From NCBI GenBank assembly GCA_013151775.1, contig JAADHO010000298.1:2853-66852 (forward strand): a stretch of 64,000 nt of DNA, written 5' to 3'. A model generated the notes under the pieces. It was not told the origin of the DNA. It made no database searches and worked only from the letters and a program-made list of their open reading frames with translations. This document shows positions 8,147-18,046 of the stretch, piece after piece. Positions within the stretch are counted from its first letter, which is position 1. Each line of letters opens with the position of its first letter. The stretch is from Deltaproteobacteria bacterium (GTDB taxonomy: Bacteria > Myxococcota_A > Polyangia > Polyangiales > Houyiibacteriaceae). A program made the translations under genes and the position numbers.

Positions 8147-10228
8147 TCAGCCCAGAGTGCCGCAGCGGTTGCTGACGCAGGCGGCCGCCGCGTCGCAGCA
8201 GTCGCTGTCCGCTCGGCAGGCTTCGCCTTCTTCGGAGCAGCTCACGCGATCGGGCGGCACGCAGACCGGGCCCGCGCCCTCGTCACGGCAGAAGCCGCTG
8301 CAGCACTCGCCGCTGGTCGCGCATCCACGCGCGTCGGCGCGGCATGGTGCTTCCGTCCACTGGGCCGCCATGTTGTCCGTCGTGCGGTCTTGCTGAGGCA
8401 GCCAATAGGGCGCGAAGCTCGGGTCCGAGCCGGCGGTCGGCGAGTCGCTCACGGCCGCGACCCAGAGCTGCCGGCGACCCGAGCCGGCGGTGCCCGCGCG
8501 GGAGTTGCCGTAGTCGCGCGTGCTGAAGAAGGCGAGCCAGAAGTAGCCACCCTCGTCGAAGGGCGAGAAGGTCGGGTAGTAGCTCTGGGTGGCGCCCGCG
8601 TTGAGGCGCTCGAGCAGGTAGGTGGTGCTGCCATCGCGGCTGACCATCTTCAGGGTGGCGTCCCGGGCGATGGTGCGAGGCGTCGCGCCGGGGCCGCGGT
8701 CTTCACGCGCGCGGCTGTGTTCGCCGTGCTGGAACGCCAGGAAGGCCGAGTCTGGGGACCAGCTCGGGTGGGCCACGGCCAGGCCCGCGCCGGGGAAGAT
8801 CATGCTCGAGGGTCCGAAGGCGTCGGGGCCCGAGACGGGGATCAGGGAGAGGTCTGCCCGGGTGAAGTCCACGGCCCAGCTGCCGTTGGTGCCCGAGGCG
8901 TAGGCGACGGAGCTTCCGTCCGGAGACCAGGTGGGATGGGCCGCACCCGCCGTGGGCAGGCCCGCGCCTCCCGCCGACATGCGCGCGCCCGTGTCGCCGT
9001 CCATCAAGAAGAGCTCGTTGCCATAGCTCGCGACCAGCCGGGTCGTGTCTGGGCTGAAGGTCGCGCCCAGAAACTTCTGCACGCTCGGCGGCACCAAGGT
9101 GGGCGCCGGGTCCACGCTGAGGTCCGCCGTCAGGTCGAAGATCGCGCCATAGTCGCCTCCGTCCCACAGCTCCGCGGCCATCTTGCGCCCGTCGCGGCTG
9201 ATGGTGTGGCAGGCGACGCAGCGTCGTCCGTCGCTCGGTCGCGCAGGCGGCGTGGGCATGAAGTCTTCGCGACCGGTTCCATCGCCTCGGATGCGCTGGA
9301 TGCGGCCCTCGGAGAGATCCCAATAGTAGATGGCGCCGCGGATGGTGGCGTCGGCGAAGCGGAAGCTGCGCGGCGAGCCGGCGATCACCTCACCGCTGCT
9401 GGCCTCGAAGCGATCGACCGTGAGCGTGATGCTCGTCTCGGGTGCGGACTCGGCCAGGGCGCGCCAGGCGCTGGCCGGCACGGCGTAGTGGTCGTCGCCA
9501 TCCCAGGCGAGGTAGGCCGTGATGCGCACCGCGGGTAACACCATGCGCAGGCGGTAGAGATCGCCGCTGGCGCCTCCGTCCCACTGAATGTCGGCCGCCG
9601 CCACGTTGCCCGGAAAGACCGTGCCTTCGAGGGGATAGAGCAGGTCCACGCGTCGGCTGGCGTCGATCACGGGCGCTGGGCTGAAACGGTCTGCCGCGTC
9701 TGCGGGCGCGCCCGGCGCCAGGATGACCGCTTCGATCTCCACGTGCACGGTGGTCGTCGCGGTCATGCCCAGAGCCTCCACCGTGACCTCGACGTCGCCC
9801 GCCACGCTGCCCGCCGCCGTGAACACGCCGCTGGTGCTGTCGACGTCGCCCACCACGCTCGCCGGTGCGGACCAAAACCCCGTCGGGATGTTCTCGGTGC
9901 TGCCGTCGTCGAAGCTGGCCTCGATGTCGAGGTCGACGCTCGCGCTGGCGCCGTCCCGCGCCACCAGGCTGGGCGCGTCGGGCGTGATGGCGATGGAGAC
10001 GAGCGTGCGCCGACCGCCGTCTGGCAATGTGGCGTCGAAGCCGCCGCCGCTGTCGACTCCGGAGTCGCCTGGTGGTCGCGCCACGCAGGCGCCGTCGACG
10101 CAGGTCTCGGAGAGCGCACAGTCCGAGGGGATGCTGCAAGGTCTCGTAGGCGCCGGGTTGCTCGCAGAGCAGGCCCCGAGCAGTAAGGCGGCGAAGACCA
10201 TGGTAGAGTGAATAGACGTGCGCATCAT
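8147..10228 (-). CDS. lipoprotein with Ig-like (Big_2-like) region, TolB/PD40-type beta-propeller repeats, one CxxCH motif and a Cys-rich C-terminal module
   Basis: The start is taken at MMRTSIHSTMVFAALLLGAC (lipobox LLGAC; ATG at 10228). PD40-like repeats include HPTWSPDGSSVAYAS and HPSWSPDSAFLAFQ. A single heme-type motif is present (RRCVACHTISRDG). The C-terminus is knottin-like (CATSGECCSGFCRDEGAGPVCVPP, CRADSDCCDAAAACVSNRC). Confidence 0.7.
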   Translation of the reverse strand: MMRTSIHSTMVFAALLLGACSASNPAPTRPCSIPSDCALSETCVDGACVARPPGDSGVDSGGGFDATLPDGGRRTLVSIAITPDAPSLVARDGASASVDLDIEASFDDGSTENIPTGFWSAPASVVGDVDSTSGVFTAAGSVAGDVEVTVEALGMTATTTVHVEIEAVILAPGAPADAADRFSPAPVIDASRRVDLLYPLEGTVFPGNVAAADIQWDGGASGDLYRLRMVLPAVRITAYLAWDGDDHYAVPASAWRALAESAPETSITLTVDRFEASSGEVIAGSPRSFRFADATIRGAIYYWDLSEGRIQRIRGDGTGREDFMPTPPARPSDGRRCVACHTISRDGRKMAAELWDGGDYGAIFDLTADLSVDPAPTLVPPSVQKFLGATFSPDTTRLVASYGNELFLMDGDTGARMSAGGAGLPTAGAAHPTWSPDGSSVAYASGTNGSWAVDFTRADLSLIPVSGPDAFGPSSMIFPGAGLAVAHPSWSPDSAFLAFQHGEHSRAREDRGPGATPRTIARDATLKMVSRDGSTTYLLERLNAGATQSYYPTFSPFDEGGYFWLAFFSTRDYGNSRAGTAGSGRRQLWVAAVSDSPTAGSDPSFAPYWLPQQDRTTDNMAAQWTEAPCRADARGCATSGECCSGFCRDEGAGPVCVPPDRVSCSEEGEACRADSDCCDAAAACVSNRCGTLG

Positions 10229-10338
10229 CGCAGCAAGGTAGCAGCGTCTGCCGGCAATCCCCAGGTGCATCCGCGCCCCGGCCAGGCTTGCGCGCACGAG
10301 GTCGTGCACATGGCTCCGGTCGAACTCGGCGGGTCTGG

Positions 10339-11019
10339 TTAGAGGTAGGTGACGAATCCCAGGAAGGGAGTGAAGTACACCGACAGGCTGCTGAGATTCC
10401 TCACCAGGACCTCACCCCGGCCGCCGAGGTCCAAGGAGAATTGGGGAGTGATGTCAATCTCGAGACCAAGTGCGAAGTCGCCGCCAGCCAGGGCTCGGAA
10501 GCGAGTCCGGTCGCCCGTCGTCTCGCTGGGCAAGTTCAGCGAAATGCCGATTTCTCCGAACGGATGGAAGCGATTCTTCGGCAGCGCAGACACGCGGAAA
10601 ACGGCAGCCACAGACAGACCAAGGTAGCTGTAGTGGTCTGCCGTGAGCCAGCGCGCGCCCACCGATACACCGACGCCAACGCCCATGGAGTTCTCGTAGC
10701 CGAGCATCGCGCTGAGCGTGGTTCCGAGCGCTAGCGGGTCGGTGCCGAGGCTCGGACCGCCGCGGCCTCGCAAGAAAAACCAATCTTGGTCGGCCGTGTC
10801 TGCGACTGCGGTGTCGCCTTGTGTTGTCTGCGCCACGATCATCGCGTCCTGCACTGCTGGCTCGGGCGCGAGGGGCGAGACATTGGGTTGTGCCCCATCC
10901 GACACCACGCCCTGCCCTCCGACGGCCGGGCTGTAGGCGCGGGCTGTAGGCACGGCCCCAAGAACGATACACGCCGCAGCGGCGAAGGCCACGACTCCAA
11001 CACTAGTACGTTCTCTCAT
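10339..11019 (-). CDS. small outer-membrane beta-barrel family protein (OmpA-barrel/porin-like)
   Basis: ATG at 11019 is preceded by CCCAGGAGTGTTGT (AGGAG Shine-Dalgarno). The signal peptide is MRERTSVGVVAFAAAACIVLGAVPTARA. Alternating strands are present (GVGVGVSVGARWL, YLGLSVAAVFRV, FALGLEIDITPQFSLDLGG). The aromatic-rich C-terminus is FLGFVTYL. Confidence 0.6.
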   Translation of the reverse strand: MRERTSVGVVAFAAAACIVLGAVPTARAYSPAVGGQGVVSDGAQPNVSPLAPEPAVQDAMIVAQTTQGDTAVADTADQDWFFLRGRGGPSLGTDPLALGTTLSAMLGYENSMGVGVGVSVGARWLTADHYSYLGLSVAAVFRVSALPKNRFHPFGEIGISLNLPSETTGDRTRFRALAGGDFALGLEIDITPQFSLDLGGRGEVLVRNLSSLSVYFTPFLGFVTYL

Positions 11020-11385
11020 CACAACACTCCTGGGATTCAACTTCTTTTCGCAGTTGTTCGGCCGCACGTACACATTCAACGGCAGCATGGCGTGATCGGG
11101 GCGCACCGCGATGAAGGCGCGCGCCGCAGACAAGGGCTTCAGCTTCCCCTAGCTGGTCGACGCTACGCAAGAGATCCCGCGGGCCTATGACGCGGCCTGC
11201 GCAGCCGACATCTTCCTCTTGGATGCGGCTCGCCGGCTGGTCTACAACGGACGCTGGGCAGCACGCGCCACGATCTACGCCGCGCCATCGACGCGACCTT
11301 GTCCGGCGCCGAACTCGACTTCGACGTCGTGCCTTCCATGGGCTCTCCATGACGCTGGCGTTGGGAGCTGATACATAGCGGCGCG

Positions 11386-12852
11386 ATGTGTGGCTTCATC
11401 GGTCTTGTCAGCGCGGGCGTCCGGGATGTGGCGCCGTCGATCCATCTGGCGCTCTCCGCGCTGCAGCATCGCGGGCAGGACTCTGCCGGTATCGCGACGC
11501 TGAGCGAGCAGGGGTCGCGCTTCTCGTTTCGGCGTGGGCTCGGCGCGGTCGCCACGGCCTTGAGCGAGGCCGATGTGCGCGCGCTGCCGGGCGTGGTTGG
11601 TGTCGGTCACGTGCGCTACCCGACCATCGGGCGCGGGGTGCTCGAGGACGCTCAGCCCTTCTTCTATCGGCAGCCGGGCATCCTGATGGCCCACAACGGC
11701 AACATCACGAACTACGAGGAGCTGCGGCTCAGCCTGCTCGAGCGCTCGATCCACCTGATGAGCCACTGCGACGTGGAGCCCGCGCTCTGCGAGCTCGCGG
11801 ACGCCTTGATGCGCGCCCGGCCCGCACATCACACGACGGCGGATCTGCTCGAGGCGTTCCGCGAGCTTCAGCGGCGCGTGCGCGGCAGCTACTCGTTGGT
11901 GGCGGCGCTGCGCCTGGACGGTGAGGAGACTCTGGTGGTCTTCCGGGATCCCCACGGCCTGCGCCCGGCTGTGCTCGGCAGGCGGAGCGACGGCAGCTTC
12001 ATGGCGGCGAGTGAGTCCGTGGCCCTCGACGCGCTGGGCTTCTCGCGGCTCGACGATCCCGCCCCGGGGGAGGTGGTGATCCTGCGCGCCAATCGCGAGC
12101 CCGAGCGTCACGCCCTCGAGTCGCGCGAGCCTGCGCCCTGCGTCTTCGAGTACATCTACTTCGCGCGCCCCGACGCCGTGCTCGGAGGTCGCAGCGTGTA
12201 CGAGGTACGTCTGGCCCTCGGGCGTGAGCTGGCCAAGCGCTTGGCCGACAAGGGCGTCACGGCGGACGTGGTCTTCCCTGTGCCCGACACGGCGCGCCCG
12301 GCGGCCACGGCCGTCGCCGAGCAGCTCGGCCTGCCTCTGCGCGAAGGCTTCATCAAGAACCGCTACAGCGGCCGCACCTTCATCATGCCCGACGCGCTCA
12401 CACGCGAGACGGCGCTGCGCCTGAAGCTCAACCCGATCCCCGCGGAGATCAAGGATCGCCGCGTGCTCTTGGTCGACGACTCCATCGTGCGTGGAGCGAC
12501 GCTAGCGCGGGTGGTGGCGCTGCTGCGCGACACGGGCGCGCGCGAGGTGCACCTCGCCATCCACGCGCCGCCGGTGCGCAACCCCTGCTACTACGGCATC
12601 GACATGTCCACGGAGGAGGAGCTCTTCGCGCGCAAGCTCGATGTGGACACGGAGGACGTGGACGCCCTCGAGCGGGCGGGCGCCGAGGCTCTCGCTGTGG
12701 ACTCGCTGACGTGGCTGCCCGTCGCCGCCATGGACCGCGCCTTCCCCGGGCCGCGCTGCGCCGCCTGCTTCGATGGCCACTACCCCGAGCCCCTCGACGA
12801 CTCGCATCGCGACGCCATCACTCGCGACCGCCGCAGCCTCAGGTCGGTCTGA
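11386..12852 (+). CDS. purF: amidophosphoribosyltransferase
   Basis: The N-terminus MCGFIGL carries the Ntn catalytic Cys. HRGQDSAGIA is present. The PRPP-binding motif is VLLVDDSIVRGATL. Fe-S Cys motifs are NPCYYGID and CAACFDGHYP. Confidence 0.95.
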   Translation: MCGFIGLVSAGVRDVAPSIHLALSALQHRGQDSAGIATLSEQGSRFSFRRGLGAVATALSEADVRALPGVVGVGHVRYPTIGRGVLEDAQPFFYRQPGILMAHNGNITNYEELRLSLLERSIHLMSHCDVEPALCELADALMRARPAHHTTADLLEAFRELQRRVRGSYSLVAALRLDGEETLVVFRDPHGLRPAVLGRRSDGSFMAASESVALDALGFSRLDDPAPGEVVILRANREPERHALESREPAPCVFEYIYFARPDAVLGGRSVYEVRLALGRELAKRLADKGVTADVVFPVPDTARPAATAVAEQLGLPLREGFIKNRYSGRTFIMPDALTRETALRLKLNPIPAEIKDRRVLLVDDSIVRGATLARVVALLRDTGAREVHLAIHAPPVRNPCYYGIDMSTEEELFARKLDVDTEDVDALERAGAEALAVDSLTWLPVAAMDRAFPGPRCAACFDGHYPEPLDDSHRDAITRDRRSLRSV

Positions 12853-12866
12853 CTCTCGCCGCGCCT

Positions 12867-13244
12867 TCAGTCGCAGCGCCCGCCGTCGAAGGCCGTGACC
12901 TGCGCTCGCAGGGACTCTTGGTGCGCGAGCCAGGCGTCTCGAATCGAGCTCGGGACCCGGTGGTCCTCCAGAGTCTGGCGCAGGATCGTCAGCCGTCGGG
13001 CGAACTGACCGCCCATGATGCGGTGTCGGGCGTGGGCGTCGCGGATCGAGCGCCCGGCGTATTCGATCTCGGCGCCCAGGAACACGGCCGCGTGTTGATA
13101 CTCGAAGCGTTTCGTGCGCTCACGGTTGGCGCGAGCGAAGAAGAAGCCGATCATCGGATCGTCGAAGCAACGGTCCACGAAGTCGTCTACGAGGGCGCGC
13201 AAGGGCGCTTCGCCTCCCAGCTCGTCGAAGCGCGTCATGACCAC
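12867..13244 (-). CDS. truncated hemoglobin (group I-like globin)
   Basis: The pattern FDELGGEAPLRALVDDFVDRCFDDPMIGFFF...FLGAEIEYAGRSIRDAHARHRI matches the trHb layout (GG motif, FY/FV..D..L..F, proximal His region). The start is either GTG 13244 or ATG 13238. Confidence 0.7.
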   Translation of the reverse strand: MVMTRFDELGGEAPLRALVDDFVDRCFDDPMIGFFFARANRERTKRFEYQHAAVFLGAEIEYAGRSIRDAHARHRIMGGQFARRLTILRQTLEDHRVPSSIRDAWLAHQESLRAQVTAFDGGRCD

Positions 13245-13278
13245 ATCATGGGGTCGGTCAGCCGCTTCGCCAAGGGGG

Positions 13279-14151
13279 TCAATGCGCTCGAGGCGGATGG
13301 GGAAGACGCTTGATCTCCGCCGTCCGGAAGCGGCGTGCGGTCGGTCCGTAGAGCAGCAGGGCGAAGACGAGGGCGATGCCCCCAGCGCCCAGCAAGGGCA
13401 GGGTGACGGCGGCCGGCTGGGACTGGCTCATGCCAAAGCCGCCGGCGCCCATCAGCAGCAGGCCTGCCAGGCTCACCAGGCGCAGGATCGACAGCGCCAG
13501 ATCCCTCAGGCGCCCCACGATGGCCAGCAGCCCGACGAAGAGCGCGCAGCCGAGCAGCCCGAGGCCCACGGGCCCGAAGAGCGGGTCTACGTCCGTGCCG
13601 GCGAACCATGGCCGCATGCGTGCGGGCAGCCCCCGCTGATCGAGGGCGACGAGGCGCAAGGGGCTGATGGCGACCACGCCCCGACCCGGCAGCTCGAGCT
13701 CGAGCTCGATGCGGCGCAGCGTGTCTCCCTCACGGCCCGCGTAGGGGATGCGGAAGGGCCGACTCTCGAAGCTGCCCTCCAGAGCTGCGGTGGCGCCCGC
13801 GCCATCCGTCGCCACGCGGTAGCGATGGCCTTCGCCGTAGTCGAGCCACAGCACGAGCTGCGCCGCCGGAGAGATGTCGCGACCTCGCACGTTGCCTCGC
13901 AGCTCGACCACGGCGTGGGGGCAAGTGGGCACCTCGAGGGAGAGCAGGCGGCGAGGCCGATCTCGGCCGCCGCGCACGGCGAGCCACTCCACGTCCCCTT
14001 GTCGCCCCAGGCGACCACCGGCCGCGTGGGCCTCGTCCGCTGTGAACTCGTGGCTCAGCACCAGCATGTCCGCGTGCGCCCGAGCGGGCATCAGCAGTGA
14101 CGTCAGCAGGAGCGCGAACAAGGCCTGCGAGGTCTGCGGGCGAGAGGGCAT
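13279..14151 (-). CDS. hypothetical secreted/membrane protein (signal peptide plus C-terminal TM helices)
   Basis: ATG at 14151. The signal peptide is MPSRPQTSQALFALLLTSLLMPARAHA. C-terminal hydrophobic helices are present (LFGPVGLGLLGCALFVGLLAIVG, LVSLAGLLLMGAGGFG, LPLLGAGGIALVFALLLYG). I saw no recognisable catalytic motif. Confidence 0.6.
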   Translation of the reverse strand: MPSRPQTSQALFALLLTSLLMPARAHADMLVLSHEFTADEAHAAGGRLGRQGDVEWLAVRGGRDRPRRLLSLEVPTCPHAVVELRGNVRGRDISPAAQLVLWLDYGEGHRYRVATDGAGATAALEGSFESRPFRIPYAGREGDTLRRIELELELPGRGVVAISPLRLVALDQRGLPARMRPWFAGTDVDPLFGPVGLGLLGCALFVGLLAIVGRLRDLALSILRLVSLAGLLLMGAGGFGMSQSQPAAVTLPLLGAGGIALVFALLLYGPTARRFRTAEIKRLPHPPRAH

Positions 14152-14221
14152 GGCGGAATCCTATCAGCCCTGGGCCGGCCGGCTGATATGCTCCGGCCCT
14201 CTCAGGGAAAGCAGAGTGGCC

Positions 14222-15346
14222 ATGGTGTTGATGCCGGATCCAGAGCGCACGCGACGTCGAGTCGGGTTGGCCCTCTATCTCATCGGGCTCTCCTTCGGGG
14301 GGCTGCTGCTCTTCCTCACCTTCGTGGGAATCCCCGTGGCCACGGGGCAGTTCGGCATGCTCGGTCTGATGTGCATCGGCGCCGTGCTCGCGCTGCCTGC
14401 GGGCGCAGCCTACCTCACCATCCCGCGCTTGCTCGATCGCTACGATCCCGAGCCGTGGTACGCGCTGATCGCCTGCCTGGTCTGGGGCGGGATCGCCGCC
14501 ACGGGGTATTCGGCGGTGATCAACACCTTGGTCAGCAGTCTCATCGGAGGATCCACCGGAGAGCTCGTCGCCACGGTGGTGAGCGCGCCGATCGTCGAGG
14601 AGGGCTTCAAGGGGCTCGCCATCTTCGGCGTCGCGTACTTCCTGCGCCGCGAGTTCGACGGAGTAGTGGACGGAATCATCTACGCCACCTTCACCGCCAT
14701 CGGCTTCGCCGCCATCGAGAACGTCATCTACTACGCGCGCGCTGCGGGCCACGACGCTCTGGGCATGACCTTCGTCATCCGTGGCCTGATCGCTCCGTGG
14801 GGACACCCCGTCTACACCTCCATGACCGGCATCGGCTTCGGCGTCGCCCGCGAGACGCGCAGCAGCGTGCTGCGTTGGACGGCACCACTGCTCGGCTATT
14901 TCGGGGCCGTGGCGCTGCACGCGATCTGGAACGGCTCCGCCGCCATCTCCGACGGACTGGGCGAGGGCGGAGGCGCGTTCTTCGTCTGCATGCTGCCCGT
15001 CTGGCTGCTCTTCGTGTTGGTCTTCTTGGTGCTGGTGATCTTCCTCGTGCGTCGAAGGGGGCGGATCATCCGCGAATATCTCGCCGACGAGGTCGCCCTC
15101 GGAAACCTCACGACGGACGAGGTCGATCTGGTCTGCTCCGCCTTCGGGCTACTTCAAGCGCGCTCCCGCTACGGCAAGACGGGGGTGCTCTTCGTACGCG
15201 CCGCGGCTCGCTTGGCGCTCTCGAAATGGCACACGGTGCGGGCGCAGGACACGCAGAACAGCACCGTGAGCATGGGCTTCATCGTGCCTCTACGTCAGCG
15301 TCTCGCGGAGCTACGCGCGCAGATGCAGAGCGGAGCCAGGCGATGA
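14222..15346 (+). CDS. PrsW-family intramembrane metalloprotease
   Basis: The protein is polytopic, with PrsW hallmark motifs PIVEEGFKGLAIF (EExxK), FAAIENVIY and LHAIWNG. The start is taken at ATG 14222 (MVLMPDPER). ATG 14150 is an alternative but would overlap the divergent gene's start. Confidence 0.8.
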   Translation: MVLMPDPERTRRRVGLALYLIGLSFGGLLLFLTFVGIPVATGQFGMLGLMCIGAVLALPAGAAYLTIPRLLDRYDPEPWYALIACLVWGGIAATGYSAVINTLVSSLIGGSTGELVATVVSAPIVEEGFKGLAIFGVAYFLRREFDGVVDGIIYATFTAIGFAAIENVIYYARAAGHDALGMTFVIRGLIAPWGHPVYTSMTGIGFGVARETRSSVLRWTAPLLGYFGAVALHAIWNGSAAISDGLGEGGGAFFVCMLPVWLLFVLVFLVLVIFLVRRRGRIIREYLADEVALGNLTTDEVDLVCSAFGLLQARSRYGKTGVLFVRAAARLALSKWHTVRAQDTQNSTVSMGFIVPLRQRLAELRAQMQSGARR

Positions 15347-16602
15347 GGCTCTCTCTCTTCGTGGCGTGTGCGCCTGGGCTCGAGGGTTTGCTCCAGGGTG
15401 AGGTGCGGCGCGTGCTCGGCCCGAGGAAGAAGTGCGAGGTGGTCGCCGGTGGGGTGGAGCTCACGGGAGACGTCGCGGCAGTGATGCGCCTGAACCTCGA
15501 GCTGGCCCTCGCCTCGAGCGTGCGGGTGCGCATCGGCGAGGTGAAGGCCAAGCGCTTCGACGCCTTCGCGCGCAAGACGTCGCGTCTGCCCTTCGAGCGC
15601 TTCATCGATCCCGAGCGCGAGTACGAAGTGCGCGCCACCACCCGCCACTCTCGCCTGTACCACACGGGCGCCATCGCCGAGCGCGTGGCCTGGGCCGTCG
15701 CCACCCGGCTCGGTCGTCAGGCGCCGCCCGCGAACCCGGAGGCTGGCGCCGAGCAGGCCTCGCCCAGCGTGCTGCACGCCCGCTTCGTGGACGACGTCTG
15801 CACCCTCAGCGTCGACACCTCGGGCGCTCCCCTGCATCGCCGGGGCTATCGACTCGAGAGCGCGCGGGCGCCACTGCGTGAGGATCTAGCGCGCGCCCTG
15901 GTCGAGGTGAGCGGGTGGTCGCCCGGGGCCGCGCTGGTGGATCCACTATGTGGCGCCGGCACCCTGGTGATCGAGGCCGCTCTGCTGGCCCGCCGCCTGG
16001 CGCCGGGGCGTTCGCGCCGCTTCGCCTTCATGGACTCGCCGCTCTTTGATCCGGCGCTCTTCGCCGAGATCCAGGCCAAGCTCGCGGCTCGGGCGTCGCC
16101 CTGCCTGCCGGTCCGCCTCGTGGGCACGGATCGCGATCCCGGCGCCATCGAGGCGGCGCGGGCCAATGCCGAGCGGGCGGGGGTGGCGGACGACGTCTGC
16201 TTCGCCGAGGCGAGCCTCTCGGACGCCCCATCACACTGGCCGGCGCTGACACGGGAGTCGGCGCTGGTGGCGAACATGCCCTTCGGTCAGCGCGTGTCAC
16301 GCGGGCAGCCGCTCGGCGCCCTGCATCAGCGCCTCGGGGCCTTGGTGGCGGCGCTCCCCGAGCGTCCACGGGTCGCCCTGCTCGTGGCGGATCGCAAGCT
16401 CGCCTACCTCACGGGGCTGGACCTCCACCCGGCGTTTCACACCAAGCACGGAGGGCTCTCCGTACACGCCATGGTTGGCCACCAAACTAAAGCTCGAGCG
16501 CCGAGCGTCCGAGGGCAGGACGATGGCCCCTCGAGCGAGGCAGCGGAAGCGGGCGCGGCGCGCGCCGAAGGCCAAGGCGCGTCCGGCGGCGGCGGGCCCT
16601 GA
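15343..16602 (+). CDS. THUMP-domain class I SAM-dependent RNA (N6-adenine/guanine-type) methyltransferase
   Basis: ATG at 15343 sits in an ATGA overlap with the prsW-like stop. The THUMP-like N-terminus is MRLSLFVACAPGLEGLL..VRVRIGE. The SAM motif is DPLCGAGTLVIEAA and the catalytic motif is NMPFG (NPPY-type). The Gly/Ala-rich tail may be a run-on caused by stop-codon scarcity. Confidence 0.75.
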   Translation: MRLSLFVACAPGLEGLLQGEVRRVLGPRKKCEVVAGGVELTGDVAAVMRLNLELALASSVRVRIGEVKAKRFDAFARKTSRLPFERFIDPEREYEVRATTRHSRLYHTGAIAERVAWAVATRLGRQAPPANPEAGAEQASPSVLHARFVDDVCTLSVDTSGAPLHRRGYRLESARAPLREDLARALVEVSGWSPGAALVDPLCGAGTLVIEAALLARRLAPGRSRRFAFMDSPLFDPALFAEIQAKLAARASPCLPVRLVGTDRDPGAIEAARANAERAGVADDVCFAEASLSDAPSHWPALTRESALVANMPFGQRVSRGQPLGALHQRLGALVAALPERPRVALLVADRKLAYLTGLDLHPAFHTKHGGLSVHAMVGHQTKARAPSVRGQDDGPSSEAAEAGAARAEGQGASGGGGP

Positions 16603-18046
16603 GGTCGAGGTCCGTGCGCTGATGCGCAGGGCCGACCGCGATCTCGAGGCGGGAGACGCCAAGGCCGCCGCGCAGCGACTCACGCGCGCCATGACTCTCG
16701 ACCCCACGAACGCCGACGCGGCCCTCGCCCTGGCGCTGCTCTATCACCGTCGGGGCAACCACGACGCCGCTCTGAAGCCTCTGAACGAGGCTCTGCGCCG
16801 CGCGCCGGGCCGGCAGGATCTGAAGATCCAGCTCGCTCAGGTGTTGCTCGACGGAGGCCACCTGCCTCAAGCGGACAAGGCCTTCGAGTTGGTGCTCCGC
16901 GAGTCGCCCCATGAGCCCTTCAGCCGCTCCGGTCGCGCCACCATCGCCATGCGTCGCGGCCAGCCCGAGTGCGCCATGGAGCTGTTGCAAGACCTGGTCG
17001 AGGAGCGCCGCCCCCACGTGAACGCGGCCTCTACCTGGGGTCGCGCCGCGCTCTTGGTCGGGCGCGTGGATGAGGCGAGGGACGTGGTCGAGCGGGCGTT
17101 GGTGGGCGCGTCTGATCCCGCCGTGGCGATCCTGGGCCACCTCCTCGGTGATATCCTGGCGAGCCTCCGAGAGCATGCGGGGGCCTTTCGCGCTCACGCT
17201 CGGGCGAACGCGGCGACCCGCGTCGAGTACGACCCCAAGGCGCACACACGCGAGGTGGAGCAGCGGCTCGAGCTCGCGCGCTCGGGGGCCTGCGCCTCCC
17301 TGGCGCGGGCGAAGGTCGACGGCTCACGGGCGCTCTTGATCGTGGGGATGCCGCGCTCGGGGACCAGCCTCACGGAGCAGATCCTAGCTCGCCACAGCGC
17401 GGTCCACGCGGCCGGGGAGCGTGAGGACTTGCGGCTGTTGGAGAAGGCGCTGCGGGCTCAGCACCCCGGCACCCACATGCAGGCGATGACCGAGATGGAC
17501 GAGGCCTTCGCCACGCGCATGGGCCGCCACTATCTAGAGCGCGTGGGCCACGAGGCGCCCGCCGGCAGCGTGCTGGTCGACAAGATGCCGCAGAACTACC
17601 TGCAGCTGGCTCTCGCGGCCTGCGTCCTGCCCGGGGTCCGTGTCGTGCATTGCGTCCGTGACGCCCGCGAGACAGCGCTCTCGTGCTTCTTCCAATCCTT
17701 CGGCTCGCAGCAAGCCTTCAGCACGCGCCTCGACTGGCTCGGCCAGCGCATCGTAGAGCAGCGGCGGCTGATGGCGGAGCTGCCCGAGGCGCTGGAGTTG
17801 CCGCTGATGACCCTGCACTACGAGCGGCTGGTGCAGGCGCCGGAGCGGACGATCCGTGAGCTGCTCGAGTTCGCGCAGCTGCCCTTCGAGCAGGCCTGTC
17901 TCAGCCCGCACGAGAGCGAGCGCCTGGTCAACACAGCCTCCTGGGCACAGGTGAAGAAGCCGATTCACGCGGGCTCCCTGGGCCGCACGGCGCACTACAG
18001 CGAGCCGCTCGGACCCCTCGACGCCGTCCTCGGCGACGTGCGCTAG
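16523..18046 (+). CDS. TPR-repeat sulfotransferase family protein
   Basis: TPR-like N-terminal half (AAAQRLTRAMTLDPTNADAALALALLYHRRGNHDAALKPL). The PAPS 5'-PSB motif is LLIVGMPRSGTSLTEQIL. The start is ambiguous: ATG 16523 overlaps the upstream gene, and ATG 16622 is the alternative. Confidence 0.7.
   Translation: MAPRARQRKRARRAPKAKARPAAAGPEVEVRALMRRADRDLEAGDAKAAAQRLTRAMTLDPTNADAALALALLYHRRGNHDAALKPLNEALRRAPGRQDLKIQLAQVLLDGGHLPQADKAFELVLRESPHEPFSRSGRATIAMRRGQPECAMELLQDLVEERRPHVNAASTWGRAALLVGRVDEARDVVERALVGASDPAVAILGHLLGDILASLREHAGAFRAHARANAATRVEYDPKAHTREVEQRLELARSGACASLARAKVDGSRALLIVGMPRSGTSLTEQILARHSAVHAAGEREDLRLLEKALRAQHPGTHMQAMTEMDEAFATRMGRHYLERVGHEAPAGSVLVDKMPQNYLQLALAACVLPGVRVVHCVRDARETALSCFFQSFGSQQAFSTRLDWLGQRIVEQRRLMAELPEALELPLMTLHYERLVQAPERTIRELLEFAQLPFEQACLSPHESERLVNTASWAQVKKPIHAGSLGRTAHYSEPLGPLDAVLGDVR

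Noticed and set aside
11020-11385. A 366-nt divergent intergenic region upstream of purF, examined for a riboswitch, PurR-box-like palindrome or small ORF.
   Set aside because: I saw no convincing conserved structure, palindrome or coding signal by eye. The track ORFs here (11003-11350 -, 11163-11555 -) have shadow-like composition.
14188-15342. The 5' 385 codons of the 804-aa ORF 14188-16602.
   Set aside because: The translation is Arg/His/Gly-rich and overlaps the well-supported PrsW frame. The real THUMP methyltransferase begins at ATG 15343, coupled to the prsW-like stop.
18043-18046. A shared palindromic CTAG supplies the stop codons of two convergent genes (TAG on both strands).
   Set aside because: It is real but trivial: a chance consequence of convergent gene packing, with no hairpin or regulatory structure evident.
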